Origin: Acidimicrobiia bacterium | Lineage (GTDB): Bacteria > Actinomycetota > Acidimicrobiia > IMCC26256 > PALSA-555 | Length of the DNA stretch: 46,797 bases | NCBI GenBank assembly: GCA_036559825.1 | Contig: DATBSK010000037.1 | Coordinates: 1 to 46,797, forward strand | Reading direction: 5' to 3' | The notes under the pieces: model-generated | Seen by the model: only the letters and a program-made list of their open reading frames with translations | What the model was told of the DNA's origin: nothing | Databases searched by the model: none | Program-made: the position numbers and the translations under genes | Shown: positions 41,292-46,797 of the stretch, in pieces | Layout: each line of letters opens with the position of its first letter | Position numbering within the stretch: the stretch's first letter is position 1

Positions 41292-41367
41292 GGGGGCGTA
41301 GCTCAGTCTGGTAGAGCGCCTGCATGGCATGCAGGAGGATCCGCGGGTTCGAATCCCGTCGCCTCCA
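41292..41367 (+). tRNA. tRNA-Ala (anticodon GGC)
   Basis: GGGGGCG acceptor with the G3:U70 Ala identity pair; D arm GCTC..GAGC; anticodon arm CCTGC-ATGGCAT-GCAGG; T arm GCGGG-TTCGAAT-CCCGT. My hand fold leaves a 7-nt variable region (AGGATCC), which is unusual for a class I tRNA and needs software confirmation. Confidence 0.8.
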
Positions 41368-41375
41368 CCGGATCG

Positions 41376-41849
41376 TTGTTCACATCGTTCGCCCTCGCAG
41401 GCCTCGTCGCAGGTGAGGGATCGTTCTCCGTCACCAACGACGACCCGCCGACGCGCAAGGACGGGTCGCTGCGTCGCAGGTTCGTCTTCTCCATCACGAT
41501 GGCAAGCCGCGACCGACCACTCCTTGACGCCATGCACGAGCTTTTCGGCGTCGGCTCCGTCCGCGATCAGGCGGCTGCGAACGAACGCTGGTTGCCGACC
41601 ACGACGTACTCCGTGTCGTCGCGTCTGGCGCATCGCGCAGTTACCATCCCCTTCTTCGAGGAGCATCTCCTTCCGTGCGCGAAGCGACGGCAGTTCGATC
41701 GCTGGCGCGCCGAGCTCGAGGCGTACGACCGGCGATACCCGACGCGTATCGGGCTCGGTCCATCGACATGCTCCGAACCAGGCTGCGACATGCCGGTTCG
41801 GGGCAGGGGTCTCTGTCGTTCCCACTACTACCGTGCCACCGGCTACTGA
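41376..41849 (+). CDS. Single-motif LAGLIDADG homing-endonuclease-like protein with a C-terminal C-X4-C-X9-C-X2-H finger (paralogue 1)
   Basis: LAGLVAGEGSF lies near the N-terminus, with the acidic Glu retained. The C-terminus is CSEPGCDMPVRGRGLCRSHYYR. The only start that keeps the motif is the TTG at 41376, 9 nt after the tRNA-Ala 3' end. GC content is lower than in the flanks. Confidence 0.7.
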   Translation: MFTSFALAGLVAGEGSFSVTNDDPPTRKDGSLRRRFVFSITMASRDRPLLDAMHELFGVGSVRDQAAANERWLPTTTYSVSSRLAHRAVTIPFFEEHLLPCAKRRQFDRWRAELEAYDRRYPTRIGLGPSTCSEPGCDMPVRGRGLCRSHYYRATGY

Positions 41850-41853
41850 AGCC

Positions 41854-42279
41854 TTGGGCGAGTTCCTCGGCGGGTTTGTCGCCGGCGAGGGCAGCTTCTA
41901 TCAGTCGGGCGAACCTCCGAAGTTCGTGTTCGCCGTCGGCCTCGGCGCTGTTGACGCCGCAACCTGCGAGCTGCTGAAGACGTTCTTCGGTGCAGGTCAC
42001 ATCACGCACTTTCCTCGCCGCAAGCCGCACTACGACGATGAGGTGACGTTCGCGATCCAGTCGATGCGTGACCATCTCGATGTCACGATCCCATTCATGG
42101 ATGCACATCTACCCGAGTCGTACAAGCGGACGCAGTACCTGGCCTGGCGCGAGGAGCTGCTCGACTACTGCGAGCACCGAGCAAAGCGTCGCCGTGCGTG
42201 CACCGTCGACGGCTGCGATGCGCCACAGCGTGCGCACGGCTACTGCCGTCGCCACCTCTGGACGTTCCTGCGGCAGTAG
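41854..42279 (+). CDS. Single-motif LAGLIDADG homing-endonuclease-like protein with a C-terminal C-X4-C-X9-C-X2-H finger (paralogue 2)
   Basis: LGGFVAGEGSF motif. Blocks shared with paralogue 1: FVF, FG.G, VTIPF..HL, KR.Q...WR.EL..Y. The C-terminus is CTVDGCDAPQRAHGYCRRHLW. The start is the TTG at 41854 (4 nt after the upstream stop) or the GTG at 41833. A 100-nt sample (42001-42100) is 57% GC. Confidence 0.7.
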   Translation: MGEFLGGFVAGEGSFYQSGEPPKFVFAVGLGAVDAATCELLKTFFGAGHITHFPRRKPHYDDEVTFAIQSMRDHLDVTIPFMDAHLPESYKRTQYLAWREELLDYCEHRAKRRRACTVDGCDAPQRAHGYCRRHLWTFLRQ

Positions 42280-42325
42280 TCCGAACTCTTCCCTGCCGCG
42301 ATCTTCCACCGCGTACCCTCGCCAC

Positions 42326-42940
42326 GTGATCGGCGTGATCGACTATCGGGCGGGCAACGCGCCGAGCGTCGGTTATGCGCTGGAGCGTCTCGGCATCGAG
42401 CACCGGCTCGTCGCGGCGCCCGAGGCGCTCGAGACCTGCGACCGCGTGATCCTGCCCGGCGTCGGCGCGGCGCGCGCCACCCTGGACTCTCTTGCCGCGT
42501 CCGGGCTCGTCGCGCCGCTGACGCGGCTCGTGATCGACGAGCGGGTGCCGTTCCTCGGCATCTGCATCGGGCTCCAGGTCCTCTTCGAGCACTCCGCCGA
42601 GGGTGAGACGCCCTGCCTCGGGTGGATCCCGGGAGGAGTCCAACGCTTCGACGACGGCACACAGCGCGTCCCGCAGATCGGGTGGAACGCTGTCCGGCTG
42701 CGCCGACCGCACCCCGTCACGGCCCGATTCCCCGACGGCGGGCACTGCTACTTCGTCAACTCCTACTACGCGGCACCGGCCGACCCTGGCGACGTGCTCG
42801 GCGAGACCTCCTACGGGGTGGAGTTCTGCTCGATCGTCGCGAGCCTGAACATCGTGGCGACGCAGTTCCACGCGGAGAAGAGCGGGGAGCTCGGTCTCGG
42901 GATCCTCGCATCGTTCGCCACCTGGGACCCGTCATGCTGA
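42326..42940 (+). CDS. hisH: Imidazole glycerol phosphate synthase glutaminase subunit HisH-like (class I glutamine amidotransferase)
   Basis: VIGVIDYRAGN ... nucleophile elbow FLGICIGLQVLF ... QFHAEKSG (His/Glu of the triad). GTG start at 42326. Confidence 0.85.
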   Translation: MIGVIDYRAGNAPSVGYALERLGIEHRLVAAPEALETCDRVILPGVGAARATLDSLAASGLVAPLTRLVIDERVPFLGICIGLQVLFEHSAEGETPCLGWIPGGVQRFDDGTQRVPQIGWNAVRLRRPHPVTARFPDGGHCYFVNSYYAAPADPGDVLGETSYGVEFCSIVASLNIVATQFHAEKSGELGLGILASFATWDPSC

Positions 42941-43728
42941 CGAAGCGCCTCATCGCGTGCTTCGACGTCGTCGAGGGCCGGGTCACCAAGGCGCAGCAGT
43001 TCCAGGACAACATCGACGTCGCGCCGGCGGAGGACCTCGCCCAGCAGCTCTACGAGGACCAGATCGACGAGATCGTCTTCTACGACATCCTGGCGAGCGC
43101 CGAGCGGAGGATGATCGACCTCCCCGTGGTGCGCGCCGTCGCGCGCCACGTCTTCGTGCCGTTCACTGTCGGCGGCGGCATCCGCTCGATCGACGACATG
43201 TTCGAGGTGCTGAAAGCCGGGGCCGAGAAGATCAGCGTCGACTCCATGGCCGTGCGGGAGCCCGACATCATCCGGCAGGGCGCCGAGGCGTTCGGACGGC
43301 AGTGCATCGTCCTCAGCACCCAGGTCCAGCGAGTCGGTGCGCGGGAGGGCATCCCGAGCGGGTACGAGGTCTTCATCGACGGCGCCCGTACCGCCACCGG
43401 CCTCGACGCAGTCGACTGGGTCCGGCGCGGCGAGGAGCTCGGGGCCGGGGAGATCGTCGTCAACAGCATCGATCGAGACGGGACCGCGTCGGGCTACGAC
43501 CTCGAGATCACACGCGCGGTCGCGGACGCCGTCAATGTCCCGGTCATCGCGTCTGGTGGGGCCGGAACCATCGACCACATCGCCGACGGGCTCACCGCGG
43601 GTGGCGCGCAGGCCGCGATCATCAGCTCGATCCTCTACTCGCCGCGCTTCGAGCGGAACCTCGGTGTGCGTGAGCTGAAGGATGGGTTGCGCGAGCGCGG
43701 CGTCGCGATGCGCCCGTACCTGGACTAA
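42934..43728 (+). CDS. hisF: HisF-like (beta/alpha)8 cyclase subunit of imidazole glycerol phosphate synthase; possibly non-canonical
   Basis: MLTKRLIACFDVVEGRV ... PFTVGGGIRS ... FGRQCIVLSTQVQRV ... NSIDRDGTASGYDL ... VIASGGAG. The ATG overlaps the hisH end by 7 nt. There is no hisA or other his gene nearby. Confidence 0.82.
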   Translation: MLTKRLIACFDVVEGRVTKAQQFQDNIDVAPAEDLAQQLYEDQIDEIVFYDILASAERRMIDLPVVRAVARHVFVPFTVGGGIRSIDDMFEVLKAGAEKISVDSMAVREPDIIRQGAEAFGRQCIVLSTQVQRVGAREGIPSGYEVFIDGARTATGLDAVDWVRRGEELGAGEIVVNSIDRDGTASGYDLEITRAVADAVNVPVIASGGAGTIDHIADGLTAGGAQAAIISSILYSPRFERNLGVRELKDGLRERGVAMRPYLD

Positions 43729-44156
43729 CGCTCCGCGGCCGCGACGCGCGGCTCGGCGAACGGGACACGCGACGCGTCCGCCCAGAGACGGTCGAGGTCG
43801 TAGTACGCGCGCGTCTCGTCGAGGAAGACGTGCACGACGATGTCGCCGTAGTCGAGAAGGACCCACGTCGCATCCTCGAGGCCCTCGACGCCGATGGGCT
43901 TCGAGTCGTCGTGCTCACGCATCGCGAGCTGGATCTCGTCGACGACGGTGCGCACCTGGCGCGTGTTCGAAGCGGAGACGAGCACGAAGCGATCGATGAT
44001 GGCGATGATCGGCGCGACATCGATGATCGAGATGTCGCGCGCCTTCTTCTCGGCCGCCGCGGTCGCGGCGACGAGCGCCCGAGTCGTCGGTGGCGACGCA
44101 GGCCCGGTCAAGCGCCTCTGCTCGACACGGGGGCCGTCGTCATCGACCAGCAGCAT
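43725..44156 (-). CDS. rsfS: Ribosome silencing factor RsfS (iojap family)
   Basis: KKARDISIIDVAPIIAIIDRFVLVSASNTRQVRTVVDEI ... WVLLDYGDIVVHVFLDETRAYYDLDRLW. The start may be downstream of the ATG at 44156. Confidence 0.88.
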   Translation of the reverse strand: MLLVDDDGPRVEQRRLTGPASPPTTRALVAATAAAEKKARDISIIDVAPIIAIIDRFVLVSASNTRQVRTVVDEIQLAMREHDDSKPIGVEGLEDATWVLLDYGDIVVHVFLDETRAYYDLDRLWADASRVPFAEPRVAAAER

Positions 44157-44754
44157 AGAGCCCGCGCGCGTGGATCACGCGAACTACGGACTCGGGAACG
44201 AGGCCGTGCACCGGGAAGCCGCGGGCCAGCCGCTGCCGGATGTCGGTCGACGACACGTCGAGCCGCGGGATCGCGAGATGCTCGACGGACCAGCCATCGC
44301 CGGGTGGCGTCGCGTGCTCGCCCTCGCGCTCGACGACCACGACGGTCGCGAGGTCGCGCGTGTCCTCGAGCCGCTGCCAGGTCGACATGTTCGCGACCGC
44401 GTCGGCACCGAGCAGCAAGTACAGCGAGCGGTCGGGGCCGGCCAGCGCCTCGAGCGTGTCCGCCGTCACCGAGGGCTGTCCGCGATCGATCTCGACCGAG
44501 CTCGCCTCGAGTCCGTCGACCTCGGCGACGACGGCTTCGACCAGCGCCAAGCGGTCCGCCGCGGACGCGACGACGATGCCCCGCTTCTGCCAGGGGTCGC
44601 CGGCGACGACCAAGAGCACGCGATCGAGCTCGAGGCGAGCACGCGCGTCGGACGCCGCGACGACATGGCCCATGTGGATCGGGTCGAACGTCCCCCCGAA
44701 GATCCCGACGCGCTCCGCTGCCGAGCCCGAGCCACGTCGAGCCTGCTGCGCCAT
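44140..44754 (-). CDS. nadD: Nicotinate-nucleotide adenylyltransferase
   Basis: RVGIFGGTFDPIHMGHV ((H/T)xGH motif) ... SSTDIRQR. I chose the ATG at 44754. Confidence 0.9.
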   Translation of the reverse strand: MAQQARRGSGSAAERVGIFGGTFDPIHMGHVVAASDARARLELDRVLLVVAGDPWQKRGIVVASAADRLALVEAVVAEVDGLEASSVEIDRGQPSVTADTLEALAGPDRSLYLLLGADAVANMSTWQRLEDTRDLATVVVVEREGEHATPPGDGWSVEHLAIPRLDVSSTDIRQRLARGFPVHGLVPESVVRVIHARGLYAAGR

Positions 44755-44843
44755 CGTGTCGACATTACGGCGACGCGGCGACGCCACCCGGCGTTCACAT
44801 CACGGCAACACGATCGTCGTCGTTCGGCACGTACCCTGCGCTC

Positions 44844-45500
44844 GTGAGTGCATCGCCCGAGACCCACGTCCTCGTGCGGGTGTGGCTGCCGGATCGGCCC
44901 GGGGCGCTCGGGCTCGTCGCCGCCCGCATCGGCTCGGTGGGCGGCGACATCGTCGGTGTCGACGTGCTCGAGCGCTCCGAGGGGGTCGCGGTCGACGAGT
45001 TTGCCGTCGTGCTCCCGAGCCTCGAGGTGCTGGAGCTCCTCGCCCGCGAGATCGAGCAGGTCGACGGCACCTCGGTCGAGGAGTTCCGGGTCGTCGGGGC
45101 GTTCCCCGACGCGAGGCTCGACGCGCTCGAGTCGGCAGCGAACCTCTGCGAGGCGGAGACGCCGGCCGAGCTCCGCCGTGCGCTCGTCGAGCACCTCCGC
45201 CGCGAGTTCCTGGCCGAGTGGGCGGTGCTGCTCGTGGGCACGGAGCTCGTCGCCGGCGCGGGCACCACGCCGCCGGCGCCCGAGTTCCTCGCCGCGCTCG
45301 CTGCCGGCACCGCGGCATCGCCGAAGGTCGCGGACGGCACGACCGGCCCCGACGACGTGCTCGTCGCGCCGCTTCCCGGCCATGGCGCGACGGTGCTCGT
45401 CGGCCGCGGCGGCCATCCGTTCCGCCGGCGCGAGCGCGTGCAGCTCCTCGCGCTGGCGCGGATCGCCGACCGCGCCTGGTCGTTGCTCGGCGCGGAGTGA
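44844..45500 (+). CDS. ACT-domain protein with a GAF-like C-terminal region
   Basis: ACT-type N-terminus HVLVRVWLPDRPGALGLVAARIGSVGGDIVGVDVLE. The C-terminus LVAPLPGHGATVLVGRGGHPFRRRERVQLLALARIADRAW resembles the end of a GAF fold. GTG start at 44844. Confidence 0.6.
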   Translation: MSASPETHVLVRVWLPDRPGALGLVAARIGSVGGDIVGVDVLERSEGVAVDEFAVVLPSLEVLELLAREIEQVDGTSVEEFRVVGAFPDARLDALESAANLCEAETPAELRRALVEHLRREFLAEWAVLLVGTELVAGAGTTPPAPEFLAALAAGTAASPKVADGTTGPDDVLVAPLPGHGATVLVGRGGHPFRRRERVQLLALARIADRAWSLLGAE

Positions 45501-45516
45501 GCGCCGTGCGCGCTCA
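45498..45516. terminator. Hairpin whose stem ends are the two convergent stop codons (ACT-domain gene and VWA gene)
   Basis: TGAGCGC-cgtgc-GCGCTCA forms a 7-bp stem with a 5-nt loop. The TGA at 45498-45500 and the TCA (a TGA on the minus strand) at 45514-45516 form the base of the stem. Confidence 0.45.
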
Positions 45517-46779
45517 GCCTTCGGCGACGGTCGTGACGAACCGCTCGAGCTGCCGAAGGTTCCGGCACTCGTACACGCCGTCGCAGTACGGCACGTAGTC
45601 CGAGATGATCGAGTCGCCGGTGTCCCAGTAGCCGATCGGCTCGGGGTTCAGCCAGTACACGTGCTTCGCGCGCTTCTGGAGCTGGTCGACGACCCAGGCC
45701 TGGGACGCGTGGTAGTTGTTGCGCGCGTCGCCGAGCAGGATGATCGAGGACTTCGGCGTGACCTCGTTGAAGTGCCGGTCGTGGAACACCTCGAAGGCAT
45801 GGCCGTAGTCGGAGTGACCGTCGACCCAGACGACGTCCGCCTCCGTGTTGACGCGGTGCACGGCTTCCATCACGTCGTCGCACTCCTGGAAGTAGCGCGT
45901 CACCTCGTCGATCCCGTCGATGAACACCCACGACCGGACCTTCGAGAACTGGCTCGCCATGGCGTACACGAACTGCAGCGTGAAGCGGGCGAAGCTCGCC
46001 ACCGACCCGGAGATGTCGGCGACGACCATGATCTCGGGCTTCGACGGGTGCGGGTTCTTGAACTTCGGCTCCGCCGGCACGCCCCCGTACGACAACGACG
46101 CGCGCACGGTCTTGCGGAAGTCGAGGGTGCCGTGATGGCGCCGGCGGCGACGCTGTGCGAGACGTGCGGCAAGTGCCCGGGTGAGCGGATAGATCGCGCG
46201 CTGGAGCGCCAGCATCTCGTCGCGTGACGCGTGCATGAAGTCGACGTCCTCCGGCAACGGCTTGCGGAGCGTGCGCGCCATCGCCTCGACACCGCGGTCG
46301 GCGACGAGCCGGCGGCGGATCTCCGTCTCGATCAGCTCCTTGAGCTCCTTCAGCCGTGCGTCGTGCTCCTCGCGCTGCAGGCGCTCGTCGAGCTCGCCCT
46401 CCCCGACCTCGCCGGCTTCCCGGGCACGGCCCATCATCCGCGCGCCGAGGTCGTCGAGGTCGAGCTGCCGGAGCGTCCGATAGAGGTAGTACGTGCCGCC
46501 GACCGGCCGCCCGGGCTCCATCCCCGCGAACATCGTGACCGCCATCGCCGCGAGCCGCCGGAGGGCGTCGCGGTCGCCGCTCATCAGCGCGTCGAGCAGC
46601 ATCTGCGCGAGCTCGTCCTTGTCGAGCTGACCGCCCCCGCCGCCTCCCGCGGCCTCCGACAGCAGTGACTCCCAGAGCTCGTCGGCCTCGCCGTCGTCGC
46701 CGTCGACACCGGGAGACCACAGCGAGAAGTACACGTCGAACACCGTCTCGAACGCACGCCAGTGATGGTGGTGCTTCAC
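45514..46779 (-). CDS. VWA-domain protein, CoxE-like family
   Basis: MVVADISGSVASFARF (MIDAS DxSxS) ... VFIDGIDEVT ... IILLGDARNNY ... VYWLNPEP ... YCDGVYECRNLRQLERF. The frame stays open to the window edge (46797), so the true start may lie outside the window. Confidence 0.85.
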   Translation of the reverse strand: MKHHHHWRAFETVFDVYFSLWSPGVDGDDGEADELWESLLSEAAGGGGGGQLDKDELAQMLLDALMSGDRDALRRLAAMAVTMFAGMEPGRPVGGTYYLYRTLRQLDLDDLGARMMGRAREAGEVGEGELDERLQREEHDARLKELKELIETEIRRRLVADRGVEAMARTLRKPLPEDVDFMHASRDEMLALQRAIYPLTRALAARLAQRRRRRHHGTLDFRKTVRASLSYGGVPAEPKFKNPHPSKPEIMVVADISGSVASFARFTLQFVYAMASQFSKVRSWVFIDGIDEVTRYFQECDDVMEAVHRVNTEADVVWVDGHSDYGHAFEVFHDRHFNEVTPKSSIILLGDARNNYHASQAWVVDQLQKRAKHVYWLNPEPIGYWDTGDSIISDYVPYCDGVYECRNLRQLERFVTTVAEG

Positions 46780-46797
46780 GAGCGTCGCTCCGAGCGC

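Noticed and set aside
41169-41375. The N-terminal 69 codons of ORF 41169-41849, which run through the leuS upstream region and the tRNA-Ala gene.
   Set aside because: This stretch overlaps a tRNA gene and gives a low-complexity translation. The LAGLIDADG helix begins only after the tRNA. I treat it as an open-frame artefact and start the gene at the TTG at 41376.
41364-42311. A direct repeat TCCACCG at the tRNA-Ala 3' end (41364-41370) and just after the second LAGLIDADG gene (42305-42311), as possible att-site remnants bracketing the islet.
   Set aside because: Only 7 nt match exactly, and 8 of 9 with flanks. Such a short match in GC-rich DNA is easily chance. No integrase or recombinase gene lies in the bracketed segment. 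It is worth re-examining only if relatives show an empty site with these boundaries.

Overview
This is a 46.8-kb, roughly 70% GC, very tightly packed chromosomal segment that looks Actinomycetota-like; that assignment is my inference from composition and gene order. Almost all genes are on the minus strand. They form a long housekeeping block: comEA-comEC-folP-like-holA, rpsT, lepA, hemW-hrcA-dnaJ-rsmE, phoH-ybeY-CNNM-era, uppS-recO-glyQS, and dgt-dnaG-rpoD. Several modules interrupt it: a caa3-type cytochrome oxidase operon (ctaCDEF-ctaG plus a membrane-anchored blue-copper protein), an ECF sigma/RskA-like anti-sigma pair facing an acyl-CoA dehydrogenase, ppdK, and leuS. Accessory content is small. 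An intact IS481-family element sits 9 bp from a tRNA-Met at the left edge. The most unusual locus is a lower-GC islet immediately 3' of tRNA-Ala(GGC). It holds two tandem, paralogous single-motif LAGLIDADG proteins, each ending in a conserved C-X4-C-X9-C-X2-H finger, and is followed by an orphan hisH-hisF pair whose HisF lacks an Asp in the strand that normally carries the second catalytic Asp. Other points worth follow-up:
- Two essential-type genes (era and the ECF sigma) have conserved N-termini with no in-frame ATG/GTG/TTG, but each has a Shine-Dalgarno (SD) sequence followed by CTG.
- Six operon junctions are GTGA stop/start overlaps.
- At two sites, convergent stop codons form the base of a hairpin.
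- S20 carries a 21-bp-repeat lysine-rich tail.
- A FolP2-like DHPS paralogue sits inside the comEC-holA operon.
- A J-like domain lacking HPD is fused to an RDD membrane domain.
- A CIRCE operator overlaps the end of hemW and abuts the hrcA start codon.

No CRISPR array, rRNA gene or recognisable defence system was seen. All calls come from reading the ORF translations and the DNA by eye; no searches were run.
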